Positions 31,600-46,500 of a DNA stretch of 64,000 bases are shown here, piece after piece. Source of the stretch: Eledone cirrhosa. Its lineage: Eukaryota. The notes beneath the pieces were generated by a model. The model was given only the letters and a program-made list of their open reading frames with translations, was not told where the DNA came from and did not search any database. The stretch is from positions 95,869 to 159,868 of the forward strand of contig CAXHJY010000329.1 in assembly GCA_964016885.1 (NCBI GenBank), read 5' to 3'. The position numbers were made by a program, and so were the translations under genes. The first letter of the stretch is position 1, and each line of letters starts with the position of its first letter.

Positions 31600-34500
31600 C
31601 AGAATGGGTGGAGCGTCAGACAACAGAGTTATGGTTTATACGCCCTGTTATTAGACTATAATATTGGCAGAATGGGTGGAGCGTCAGACAACAGAGTTTT
31701 GGTTTATACGCCCTGTTATTAGACTATAATATTGGCAGAATGGGTGGAGCGTCAGACAACAGAGTTATGGTTTATACGCCCTGTTATTAGACTATCATAT
31801 TGGCAGAATGGGTGGAGCGTCAGACAACAGAGTTATGGTTTATACGCCCTGTTATTAGACTATAATATTGGCAGAATGGGTGGAGCGTCAGACACCAGAG
31901 TTATGGTTTATACGCCCTGTTATTAGACTATAATATTGGCAGAATGGGTGGAGCGTCAGACAACAGAGTTATGGTTTATACGCCCTGTTATTAGACTATA
32001 ATATTGGCAGAATGGGTGGAGCGTCAGACAACAGAGTTATGGTTTATACGCCCTGTTATTAGACTATAATATTGGCAGAATGGGTGGAGCGTCAGACAAC
32101 AGAGTTATGGTTTATACGCTCTGTTATCAGACTATAATATTGGCAGAATGGGTGGAGCGTCAGACACCAGAGTTATGGTTTATACGCCCTGTTATTAGAC
32201 TATAATATTGGCAGAATGGGTGGAGCGTCAGACAACAGAGTTATGGTTTATACGCCCTGCTATTAGACAATAATATTGGCAGAATGGGTGGAGCGTCACA
32301 CAACAGAGTTATGGTTTATACGCCCTGTTATTAGACTATAGTATTGGCAGAATGGGTGGAGCGTCAGACAACAGAGTTATGGTTTATACGCCCTGTTATT
32401 AGACTATAATATCGGCAGAATGGGTGGAGCGTCAGACACCAGAGTTATGGTTTATACGCCCTGTTATTAGACTATAATATTGGCAGAATGGGTGGAGCGT
32501 CAGACACCAGAGTTATGGTTTATACGCCCTGTTATTAGACTATAATATTGGCAGAATGGGTGGAGCATCAGACACCAGAGTTATGGTTTATACGCCCTGT
32601 TGTTAGACTATAATATTGGCAGAATGGGTGGAGCGTCAGACACCAGAGTTATGGTTTATACGCCCTGTTATTAGACTATAATATTGGCAGAATGGGTGGA
32701 GCGTCAGACAACAGAGTTATGGTTTATACGCCCTGTTATTAGACTATAATATTGGCAGAATGGGTGGAGCGTCAGACAACAGAGTTATGGTTTATACGCC
32801 CTGTTATTAGACTATAATATTGGCAGCATGGGTGGAGCGTCAGACAACAGAGTTATGGTTTATACGCCCTGTTATTAGACTATAATATTGGCAGAATGGG
32901 TGGAGCGTCAGACAACAGAGTTATGGTTTATACGCCCTGTTATTAGACTATAATATTGGCAGAATGGGTGGAGCGTCAGACAACAGAGTTATGGTTTATA
33001 CGCCCTGTTATTAGACAATAATATTGGCAGAATGGGTGGAGCGTCAGACAACAGAGTTATGGTTTATACGCCCTGTTATTAGACTATAATATTGGCAGAA
33101 TGGGTGGAGCGTCAGACAACAGAGTTATGGTTTATACGCCCTGTTATTAGACTATAATATTGGCAGAATGGGTGGGGCGTCAGACAACAGAGTTATAGTT
33201 TAAACGCCCTGTTATTAGACTATAATATTGGCAGAATGGGTGGGGCGTCTGACAACAGAGTTATGGTTTATACGCCCTGTTATTAGACAATAATATTGGC
33301 AGAATGGGTGGGGCGTCTGACAACAGAGTTATGGTTTATACGCCCTGTTATTAGACAATAATATTGGCAGAATGGGTGGAGCGTCAGACAACAGGTTTAT
33401 GATTTATACGCCCTGTTATTAGACTATAATATTAGCAGAATGGGTGGAGCGTCAGACAACAGATTTATGGTTTATACGCAGTTATTAGACTATAATATTG
33501 GCAGAATGGGTGGAGCGTCAGACACCAGAGTTATGGTTTATACGCCCTGTTATTAGACAATAATATTGGCAAAATGGGTGGAGCGTCAGACACCAGAGTT
33601 ATGTTTTACACGCCCTGTTATTAGACTATAATATTGGCAGAATGGGTGGAGTGTCAGACAACAGTGTTATGGTTTATACGCCCTGTTATTAGACAATAAT
33701 ATTGGCAGAATGGGTGGAGCGTCAGACACCAGAGTTATGGTTTATACGCCCTGTTATTAGACAATAATATTGGCAGAATGGGTGGAGTGTCAGACAACAG
33801 TGTTATGGTTTATACGCCCTGTTATTAGACAATAATATTGGCAGAATGGGTGGAGTGTCAGACACCAGAGTTATGGTTTATACGCCCTGTTATTAGACTA
33901 TAATATTGGCAGAATGGGTGGAGTGTCAGACAACAGTGTTATGGTTTATACGCCCTGTTATTAGACTATAATATTGGCAGAATGGGTGGAGCGTCAGACA
34001 CCAGAGTTATGGTTTATACGCCCTGTTATTAGACAATAATATTGGCAGAATGGGTGGAGCGTCAGACAACAGAGTCATAGTTTATACGCCCTGTTATTAG
34101 GCTATAACATTGGCAGAATGGGTGGAGCGTCAGACACCAGATTTATGGTTTATACGCCCAGTTATTAGACTATAATATTGGCAGAATGGGTGGAGCGTCA
34201 GACAACAGAGTTATAGTTTATACACCCTGTTATTAGACTATAATATTGGCAGAATGTGTGGAGCGTCAGACAACAGAGTTATGGTTTATACGCCCTGTTA
34301 TTAGACTATAATATTGGCAGAATCTGTGGAGCGTCAGACAAAAGAGTTATGGTTTATACGCCCTGTTATTAGACTATAATATTGGCAGAATGGGTGGAGC
34401 GTCAGACAACAGAGTTATGGTTTATACGCCCTGTTATTAGACTATAATATTGGCAGAATGGGTGGAGCGTCAGACAACAGAGTTATGGTTTATACGCCCT

Positions 34501-37500
34501 GTTATTAGACAATAATATTGGCAGAATGGGTGGAGCGTCAGACAACAGAGTTATGGTTTATACGCCCTGTTATTAGACTATAATATTGGCAGAATGGGTG
34601 GAGCGTCAGACAACAGAGTTATGGTTTATACGCCCTGTTATTAGACTATAATATTGGCAGAATGGGTGGGGCGTCAGACAACAGAGTTATAGTTTAAACG
34701 CCCTGTTATTAGACTATAATATTGGCAGAATGGGTGGGGCGTCTGACAACAGAGTTATGGTTTATACGCCCTGTTATTAGACAATAATATTGGCAGAATG
34801 GGTGGGGCGTCTGACAACAGAGTTATGGTTTATACGCCCTGTTATTAGACAATAATATTGGCAGAATGGGTGGAGCGTCAGACAACAGGTTTATGATTTA
34901 TACGCCCTGTTATTAGACTATAATATTAGCAGAATGGGTGGAGCGTCAGACAACAGATTTATGGTTTATACGCAGTTATTAGACTATAATATTGGCAGAA
35001 TGGGTGGAGCGTCAGACACCAGAGTTATGGTTTATACGCCCTGTTATTAGACAATAATATTGGCAAAATGGGTGGAGCGTCAGACACCAGAGTTATGTTT
35101 TACACGCCCTGTTATTAGACTATAATATTGGCAGAATGGGTGGAGTGTCAGACAACAGTGTTATGGTTTATACGCCCTGTTATTAGACAATAATATTGGC
35201 AGAATGGGTGGAGCGTCAGACACCAGAGTTATGGTTTATACGCCCTGTTATTAGACAATAATATTGGCAGAATGGGTGGAGTGTCAGACAACAGTGTTAT
35301 GGTTTATACGCCCTGTTATTAGACAATAATATTGGCAGAATGGGTGGAGTGTCAGACACCAGAGTTATGGTTTATACGCCCTGTTATTAGACTATAATAT
35401 TGGCAGAATGGGTGGAGTGTCAGACAACAGTGTTATGGTTTATACGCCCTGTTATTAGACTATAATATTGGCAGAATGGGTGGAGCGTCAGACACCAGAG
35501 TTATGGTTTATACGCCCTGTTATTAGACAATAATATTGGCAGAATGGGTGGAGCGTCAGACAACAGAGTCATAGTTTATACGCCCTGTTATTAGGCTATA
35601 ACATTGGCAGAATGGGTGGAGCGTCAGACACCAGATTTATGGTTTATACGCCCAGTTATTAGACTATAATATTGGCAGAATGGGTGGAGCGTCAGACAAC
35701 AGAGTTATAGTTTATACGCCCTGTTATTAGACTATAATATTGGCAGAATGTGTGGAGCGTCAGACAACAGAGTTATGGTTTATACGCCCTGTTATTAGAC
35801 TATAATATTGGCAGAATCTGTGGAGCGTCAGACAAAAGAGTTATGGTTTATACGCCCTGTTATTAGACTATAATATTGGCAGAATGGGTGGAGCGTCAGA
35901 CACCAGAGTTATGGTTTATACGCCCTGTTATTAGACTATAATATTGGCAGAATGGGTGGAGCGTCAGACACCAGAGTTATGGTTTATACGCCCTGTTATT
36001 AGACTATAATATTGGCAGAATGGGTGGAGCGTCAGACAACAGAGTTATGGTTAATACGCCCTGTTATTAGCCTATACTATTGGCAGAATGGGTGGAGTGT
36101 CAGACAACAGTGTTATGGTTTATACGCCCTGTTATTAGACTATAATATTGGCAGAATGGGTAGAGCGTCAGACAACAGAATTATGGTTTATACGCCCTGT
36201 TATTAGACTATAATATTGGCAGAATTGGTGGAGCGGCAGACAACAGAGATATGGTTTATACGCCCTGTTATTAGACTATAATATTGGCAGAATCTGTGGA
36301 GCGTCAGACAATAGAGTTATGGTTTATACGCCCTGTTATTATACTATAATATTGGCAGAATGGGTGGAGCGTCAGACACCAGAGTTATGGTTTATACGCC
36401 CTGTTATTAGACTATAATATTGGCAGAATGGGTGGAGCGTCAGACACCAGAGTCATGGTTTATACGCCCAGTTATTAGACTATCATATTGGCAGAAAGGG
36501 TGGAGCGTCAGACAACAGAGTCATGGTTTATGCGCCCTGTTATTAGACTATAATATTGGCAGAATGGGTGGAGCGTCAGACACCAGAGATATGGTTTATA
36601 AGCCCTGTTATTAGACTATAATATTGGCAGAATCAGTGGAGCGTCAGACACCAGAGTTATGGTTTATACGCCCTGTTATTAGACTATAATATTGGCAGAA
36701 TCTGTGGAGCGTCAGACAACAGAGTTATGGTTTATACGCCCTGTTATTAGACTATAATATTGGCAGAATGGGTGGAGCGTCAGACACCAGAGTTATGGTT
36801 TATACGCCCTGTTATTAGACTATAATATTGGCAGAATGGGTGGAGCGTTAGACACCAGAGTTATGGTTTATACGCCCTGTTATTAGACTATAATATTGGC
36901 AAAATGGGTGGAGCGTCAGACAACAGAGTCATGGTTTATACGCCCTGTTATTAGACTATAATATTGGCAGAATGGGTGGAGCATCAGACACCAGAGTTAT
37001 GGTTTATACGCCCTGTTATTAGACTATAATATTGGCAGAATGGGTGGAGCGTCAGACAACAGAGTTATGGTTTATGCGCCCTGTTATTAGACTATAATAT
37101 TGGCAGAATGGGTGGAGCGTCAGACACCAGAGTTATGGTTTATACGCCCTATTATTAGACTATAATATTGGCAGAATGGGTGGAGCGTCAGACAAAAGAG
37201 TTATGGTTTATACGCCCTGTTATTAGACTATAATATTGGCAGAATGGGTGGAGCGTCAGACAACAGAGTTATGGTTTATACGCCCTGTTATTAGACTATA
37301 ATATTGGCAGAATGGGTGGGGCGTCAGACAAAAGAGTTATGGGTTATACGCCCTGTTATTAGACTATAATATTGGCAGAATGGGTGGAGCGTCTGACAAC
37401 AGAGTTATGGTTTATACGCCCTGTTATTAGACTATAATATTGGCAGAATGGGTGGAGCGTCATACAACAGACTTATGGTTTATACGCCCTGTTATTAGAC

Positions 37501-40500
37501 TATAATATTGGCAGAATGGGTGGAGCGGCAGACAACAGAGATATGGTTTATACGCCCTGTTATTAGACTGTAATATTGGCAGAATCTGTGGAGCGTCAGA
37601 CCAGAGAGTTATGGTTTATACGCCCTGTTATTAGACTATAATATTGGCAGAATGGGTGGAGCGTCAGACACCAGAGTTATGGTTTATACGCCCTGTTATT
37701 AGACTATAATATTGGCAGAATGGGTGGAATGTCTGGCAACAGTGTTATGGTTTATACGCCCTGTTATTAGACTATAATATTGGCAGAATGGGTGGAGCGT
37801 CAGACAACAGAGTTATGGTTTATACGCCCTGTTATTAGACTATAATATTGGCAGAATCTGTGGAGCGTCAGACAATAGAGTTATGGTTTATACGCCCTGT
37901 TATTATACTATAATATTGGCAGAATGGGTGGAGCGTCAGACACCAGAGTTATGGTTTATACGCCCTGTTATTAGACTATAATATTGGCAGAATGGGTGGA
38001 GCGTCAGACACCAGAGTTATGGTTTATACGCCCTATTATTAGACTATAATATTGGCAGAATGGGTGGAGCGTCAGACAAAAGAGTTATGGTTTATACGCC
38101 CTGTTATTAGACTATAATATTGGCAGAATGGGTGGAGCGTCAGACACCAGAGTTATGGTTTATACGCCCTGTTATTAGACTATAATATTGGCGGAATGGG
38201 TGGAGCGTCAGACACCAGAGTTATGGTTTATACGCCCTGTTATTAGACTATAATATTGGCAGAATGGGTGGAGCGTCAGACACCAGAGTTATGGTTTATA
38301 CGCCCTGTTATTAGACTATAATATTGGCGGAATGGGTGGAGCGTCAGACAAAAGAGTTATGGTTTATACGCCCTGTTATTAGACTATAATATTGGCAGAA
38401 TGGGTGGAGCGTCAGACACCAGAGTTATGGTTTATACGCCCTGTTATTAGACTATAATATTGGCGGAATGGGTGGAGCGTCAGACAAAAGAGTTATGGTT
38501 TATACGCCCTGTTATTAGACTATAATATTGGCAGAATGGGTGGAGCGTCAGACACCAGAGTTATGGTTTATACGCCCTGTTATTAGACTATAATATTGGC
38601 GGAATGGGTGGAGCGTCAGACAAAAGAGTTATGGTTTATACGCACTGTTATTAGACTATAATATTGGCAGAATGGGTGGAGCGTCAGACAAAAGAGTTAT
38701 GGTTTATACGCACTGTTATTAGACTATAATATTGGCAGAATGGGTGGAGCGTCAGACACCAGAGTTATGGTTTATACGCCCTGTTATTAGACTATAATAT
38801 TGGCGGAATGGGTGGAGCGGCTGACAACAGAGATATGGTTTATACGCCCTGTTATTAGACTATAATATTGGCAGAATCTGTGGAGCGTCAGACAACAGGT
38901 TTATGGTTTATACGCCCTGTTATTAGACTATAATATTGACAGAATGGGTGGAGCGTCAGACAATAGAGTTATGGTTTATACGCCCTGTTATTAGACTATA
39001 ATATTGGCAGAATGTGTGGAGCGTCAGACAACAGGTTTATGATTTATACGCCCTGTTATTAGACTATAATATTGGCAGAATGGGTGGAGCGTCAGACAAC
39101 AGAGTTATGGTTTATACGCAGTTATTAGACTATAACATTGGCAAAATGGGTGGAGCATCAGACACCAGAGTTATGTTTTATACGCCCTGTTATTAGACTA
39201 TAATATTGGCAGAATGGGTGGAGCGTCAGGCACCAGAGTTATGGTTTATACGCCCTGTTATTAGACTATAATATTGGCATAATGGGTGGAGCGTCAGGCA
39301 CCAGAGTTATGGTTTATACGCCCTATTATTAGACTATAATATTGGCAGAATGGGTGGAGCGTCAGACAACAGAGTTATGGTTTATACGCCCTGTTATTAG
39401 ACTATAATATTGGCAGAATGGGTGGAGCGTCAGACAACAGAGTTATGGTTTATTCGCCCTGTTATTAGACTATAATATTGGCAGAATGGGTGGAGCATCA
39501 GACAACAGAGTTATGGTTTATACGCCCTGTTATTAGACTATAATATTGGCAGAATGGGTGGAGCGTCAGACAACAGAGTTATGGTTTATACGCCCTGTTA
39601 TTAGACTATAATATTGGCAGAATGGGTGGAGCGTCAGACACCAGAGTTATGGTTTATACGCCTTGTTATTAGACAATGATATTGGCAGAATCTGTGGAGC
39701 GTCAGACAACAGAGATATGGTTTATACGCCCTGTTATTAGACTATAATATTGGCAGAATGGGTGGAGCGTCAGACAACAGAGTTATGGTTTATACACCCT
39801 GTTATTAGACTATAATATTGGCAGAATGGGTGGAGCGTCAGACAACAGGGTTATGGTTTATACGCCCTGTTATTAGACTATCATATTGGCAGAATGGGTG
39901 GAGCGTCAGACAACAGAGTTATGGTTTATACGCACTGTTATTAGACTATAATATTGGCAGAATGGGTGGAGCGTCAGACAACAAAGTTATGGTTTATACG
40001 CCCTGTTATTAGACTATAATATTGGCATAATGGGTGGAGCGTCAGACAACAGAGTTATGGTTTATACGCACTGTTATTAGACTATAATATTGGCAGAATC
40101 AGTGGAGCGTCAGACACCAGAGTTATGGTTTATACGCCCTGTTATTAGACTATAATATTGGCCGAAAGGGTGGAGCGTCAGACAACAGTGTTATGGTTTA
40201 TAGGCCCTGTTATTAGACTATAATATTGGCAGAATGGGTGGAGCGTCAGACAACAGAGTTATGGTTTATACGCCCTGTTATTAGACTATAATATTGGCAG
40301 AATGGGTGGAGCGTCAGACACCAGAGTTATGGTTTATACGCCCTGTTATTAGACTATAATATTGGCAGAATGGGTGGAGCGTCAGACAACAGAGTTATGG
40401 TTTATACGCCCTGTTATTAGACTATAATATTGGCAGAATGGGTGGAGCGTCAGACACCAGAGTTATGGTTTATACGCCCTGTTATTAGACTATAATATTG

Positions 40501-43500
40501 GCAGAATGGGTGGAGCGTCAGACAACAGAGTTATGGTTTATACGCCCTGTTATTAGACTATAATATTGGCAGAATGGGTGGAGCGTCAGACAACAGAGTT
40601 TTGGTTTATACGCCCTGTTATTAGACTATAATATTGGTAGAATGGGTGGAGCGTCAGACAACAGAGTTACGGTTTATACGCCCTGTTATTAGACTATAAT
40701 ATTGGCAGAATGGGTGGAGCGTCAGACACCAGAGTTATGGTTTATACGCCCTGTTATTAGACTATAATATTGGCAGAATGGGTGGAGCGTCAGACAACAG
40801 AGTTATGGTTTATACGCCCTGTTATTAGACTATAATATTGGCAGAATGGGTGGAGCGTCAGACAACAGAGTTTTGGTTTATACGCCCTGTTATTAGACTA
40901 TAATATTGGCAGAATGGGTGGAGCGTCAGACAACAGAGTTATGGTTTATACGCCCTGTTATTAGACTATCATATTGGCAGAATGGGTGGAGCGTCAGACA
41001 ACAGAGTTATGGTTTATACGCCCTGTTATTAGACTATAATATTGGCAGAATGGGTGGAGCGTCAGACACCAGAGTTATGGTTTATACGCCCTGTTATTAG
41101 ACTATAATATTGGCAGAATGGGTGGAGCGTCAGACAACAGAGTTATGGTTTATACGCCCTGTTATTAGACTATAATATTGGCAGAATGGGTGGAGCGTCA
41201 GACAACAGAGTTATGGTTTATACGCCCTGTTATTAGACTATAATATTGGCAGAATGGGTGGAGCGTCAGACAACAGAGTTATGGTTTATACGCTCTGTTA
41301 TCAGACTATAATATTGGCAGAATGGGTGGAGCGTCAGACACCAGAGTTATGGTTTATACGCCCTGTTATTAGACTATAATATTGGCAGAATGGGTGGAGC
41401 GTCAGACAACAGAGTTATGGTTTATACGCCCTGCTATTAGACAATAATATTGGCAGAATGGGTGGAGCGTCACACAACAGAGTTATGGTTTATACGCCCT
41501 GTTATTAGACTATAGTATTGGCAGAATGGGTGGAGCGTCAGACAACAGAGTTATGGTTTATACGCCCTGTTATTAGACTATAATATCGGCAGAATGGGTG
41601 GAGCGTCAGACACCAGAGTTATGGTTTATACGCCCTGTTATTAGACTATAATATTGGCAGAATGGGTGGAGCGTCAGACACCAGAGTTATGGTTTATACG
41701 CCCTGTTATTAGACTATAATATTGGCAGAATGGGTGGAGCATCAGACACCAGAGTTATGGTTTATACGCCCTGTTGTTAGACTATAATATTGGCAGAATG
41801 GGTGGAGCGTCAGACACCAGAGTTATGGTTTATACGCCCTGTTATTAGACTATAATATTGGCAGAATGGGTGGAGCGTCAGACAACAGAGTTATGGTTTA
41901 TACGCCCTGTTATTAGACTATAATATTGGCAGAATGGGTGGAGCGTCAGACAACAGAGTTATGGTTTATACGCCCTGTTATTAGACTATAATATTGGCAG
42001 CATGGGTGGAGCGTCAGACAACAGAGTTATGGTTTATACGCCCTGTTATTAGACTATAATATTGGCAGAATGGGTGGAGCGTCAGACAACAGAGTTATGG
42101 TTTATACGCCCTGTTATTAGACTATAATATTGGCAGAATGGGTGGAGCGTCAGACAACAGAGTTATGGTTTATACGCCCTGTTATTAGACAATAATATTG
42201 GCAGAATGGGTGGAGCGTCAGACAACAGAGTTATGGTTTATACGCCCTGTTATTAGACTATAATATTGGCAGAATGGGTGGAGCGTCAGACAACAGAGTT
42301 ATGGTTTATACGCCCTGTTATTAGACTATAATATTGGCAGAATGGGTGGGGCGTCAGACAACAGAGTTATAGTTTAAACGCCCTGTTATTAGACTATAAT
42401 ATTGGCAGAATGGGTGGGGCGTCTGACAACAGAGTTATGGTTTATACGCCCTGTTATTAGACAATAATATTGGCAGAATGGGTGGGGCGTCTGACAACAG
42501 AGTTATGGTTTATACGCCCTGTTATTAGACAATAATATTGGCAGAATGGGTGGAGCGTCAGACAACAGGTTTATGATTTATACGCCCTGTTATTAGACTA
42601 TAATATTAGCAGAATGGGTGGAGCGTCAGACAACAGATTTATGGTTTATACGCAGTTATTAGACTATAATATTGGCAGAATGGGTGGAGCGTCAGACACC
42701 AGAGTTATGGTTTATACGCCCTGTTATTAGACAATAATATTGGCAAAATGGGTGGAGCGTCAGACACCAGAGTTATGTTTTACACGCCCTGTTATTAGAC
42801 TATAATATTGGCAGAATGGGTGGAGTGTCAGACAACAGTGTTATGGTTTATACGCCCTGTTATTAGACAATAATATTGGCAGAATGGGTGGAGCGTCAGA
42901 CACCAGAGTTATGGTTTATACGCCCTGTTATTAGACAATAATATTGGCAGAATGGGTGGAGTGTCAGACAACAGTGTTATGGTTTATACGCCCTGTTATT
43001 AGACAATAATATTGGCAGAATGGGTGGAGTGTCAGACACCAGAGTTATGGTTTATACGCCCTGTTATTAGACTATAATATTGGCAGAATGGGTGGAGTGT
43101 CAGACAACAGTGTTATGGTTTATACGCCCTGTTATTAGACTATAATATTGGCAGAATGGGTGGAGCGTCAGACACCAGAGTTATGGTTTATACGCCCTGT
43201 TATTAGACAATAATATTGGCAGAATGGGTGGAGCGTCAGACAACAGAGTCATAGTTTATACGCCCTGTTATTAGGCTATAACATTGGCAGAATGGGTGGA
43301 GCGTCAGACACCAGATTTATGGTTTATACGCCCAGTTATTAGACTATAATATTGGCAGAATGGGTGGAGCGTCAGACAACAGAGTTATAGTTTATACGCC
43401 CTGTTATTAGACTATAATATTGGCAGAATGTGTGGAGCGTCAGACAACAGAGTTATGGTTTATACGCCCTGTTATTAGACTATAATATTGGCAGAATCTG

Positions 43501-46500
43501 TGGAGCGTCAGACAAAAGAGTTATGGTTTATACGCCCTGTTATTAGACTATAATATTGGCAGAATGGGTGGAGCGTCAGACAACAGAGTTATGGTTTATA
43601 CGCCCTGTTATTAGACTATAATATTGGCAGAATGGGTGGAGCGTCAGACAACAGAGTTATGGTTTATACGCCCTGTTATTAGACAATAATATTGGCAGAA
43701 TGGGTGGAGCGTCAGACAACAGAGTTATGGTTTATACGCCCTGTTATTAGACTATAATATTGGCAGAATGGGTGGAGCGTCAGACAACAGAGTTATGGTT
43801 TATACGCCCTGTTATTAGACTATAATATTGGCAGAATGGGTGGGGCGTCAGACAACAGAGTTATAGTTTAAACGCCCTGTTATTAGACTATAATATTGGC
43901 AGAATGGGTGGGGCGTCTGACAACAGAGTTATGGTTTATACGCCCTGTTATTATACAATAATATTGGCAGAATGGGTGGGGCGTCTGACAACAGAGTTAT
44001 GGTTTATACGCCCTGTTATTAGACAATAATATTGGCAGAATGGGTGGAGCGTCAGACAACAGGTTTATGATTTATACGCCCTGTTATTAGACTATAATAT
44101 TAGCAGAATGGGTGGAGCGTCAGACAACAGATTTATGGTTTATACGCAGTTATTAGACTATAATATTGGCAGAATGGGTGGAGCGTCAGACACCAGAGTT
44201 ATGGTTTATACGCCCTGTTATTAGACAATAATATTGGCAAAATGGGTGGAGCGTCAGACACCAGAGTTATGTTTTACACGCCCTGTTATTAGACTATAAT
44301 ATTGGCAGAATGGGTGGAGTGTCAGACAACAGTGTTATGGTTTATACGCCCTGTTATTAGACAATAATATTGGCAGAATGGGTGGAGCGTCAGACACCAG
44401 AGTTATGGTTTATACGCCCTGTTATTAGACAATAATATTGGCAGAATGGGTGGAGTGTCAGACAACAGTGTTATGGTTTATACGCCCTGTTATTAGACAA
44501 TAATATTGGCAGAATGGGTGGAGTGTCAGACACCAGAGTTATGGTTTATACGCCCTGTTATTAGACTATAATATTGGCAGAATGGGTGGAGTGTCAGACA
44601 ACAGTGTTATGGTTTATACGCCCTGTTATTAGACTATAATATTGGCAGAATGGGTGGAGCGTCAGACACCAGAGTTATGGTTTATACGCCCTGTTATTAG
44701 ACAATAATATTGGCAGAATGGGTGGAGCGTCAGACAACAGAGTCATAGTTTATACGCCCTGTTATTAGGCTATAACATTGGCAGAATGGGTGGAGCGTCA
44801 GACACCAGATTTATGGTTTATACGCCCAGTTATTAGACTATAATATTGGCAGAATGGGTGGAGCGTCAGACAACAGAGTTATAGTTTATACGCCCTGTTA
44901 TTAGACTATAATATTGGCAGAATGTGTGGAGCGTCAGACAACAGAGTTATGGTTTATACGCCCTGTTATTAGACTATAATATTGGCAGAATCTGTGGAGC
45001 GTCAGACAAAAGAGTTATGGTTTATACGCCCTGTTATTAGACTATAATATTGGCAGAATGGGTGGAGCGTCAGACACCAGAGTTATGGTTTATACGCCCT
45101 GTTATTAGACTATAATATTGGCAGAATGGGTGGAGCGTCAGACACCAGAGTTATGGTTTATACGCCCTGTTATTAGACTATAATATTGGCAGAATGGGTG
45201 GAGCGTCAGACAACAGAGTTATGGTTAATACGCCCTGTTATTAGCCTATACTATTGGCAGAATGGGTGGAGTGTCAGACAACAGTGTTATGGTTTATACG
45301 CCCTGTTATTAGACTATAATATTGGCAGAATGGGTAGAGCGTCAGACAACAGAATTATGGTTTATACGCCCTGTTATTAGACTATAATATTGGCAGAATT
45401 GGTGGAGCGGCAGACAACAGAGATATGGTTTATACGCCCTGTTATTAGACTATAATATTGGCAGAATCTGTGGAGCGTCAGACAATAGAGTTATGGTTTA
45501 TACGCCCTGTTATTATACTATAATATTGGCAGAATGGGTGGAGCGTCAGACACCAGAGTTATGGTTTATACGCCCTGTTATTAGACTATAATATTGGCAG
45601 AATGGGTGGAGCGTCAGACACCAGAGTCATGGTTTATACGCCTAGTTATTAGACTATCATATTGGCAGAAAGGGTGGAGCGTCAGACAACAGAGTCATGG
45701 TTTATGCGCCCTGTTATTAGACTATAATATTGGCAGAATGGGTGGAGCGTCAGACACCAGAGATATGGTTTATAAGCCCTGTTATTAGACTATAATATTG
45801 GCAGAATCAGTGGAGCGTCAGACACCAGAGTTATGGTTTATACGCCCTGTTATTAGACTATAATATTGGCAGAATCTGTGGAGCGTCAGACAACAGAGTT
45901 ATGGTTTATACGCCCTGTTATTAGACTATAATATTGGCAGAATGGGTGGAGCGTCAGACACCAGAGTTATGGTTTATACGCCCTGTTATTAGACTATAAT
46001 ATTGGCAGAATGGGTGGAGCGTTAGACACCAGAGTTATGGTTTATACGCCCTGTTATTAGACTATAATATTGGCAAAATGGGTGGAGCGTCAGACAACAG
46101 AGTCATGGTTTATACGCCCTGTTATTAGACTATAATATTGGCAGAATGGGTGGAGCATCAGACACCAGAGTTATGGTTTATACGCCCTGTTATTAGACTA
46201 TAATATTGGCAGAATGGGTGGAGCGTCAGACAACAGAGTTATGGTTTATGCGCCCTGTTATTAGACTATAATATTGGCAGAATGGGTGGAGCGTCAGACA
46301 CCAGAGTTATGGTTTATACGCCCTATTATTAGACTATAATATTGGCAGAATGGGTGGAGCGTCAGACAAAAGAGTTATGGTTTATACGCCCTGTTATTAG
46401 ACTATAATATTGGCAGAATGGGTGGAGCGTCAGACAACAGAGTTATGGTTTATACGCCCTGTTATTAGACTATAATATTGGCAGAATGGGTGGGGCGTCA

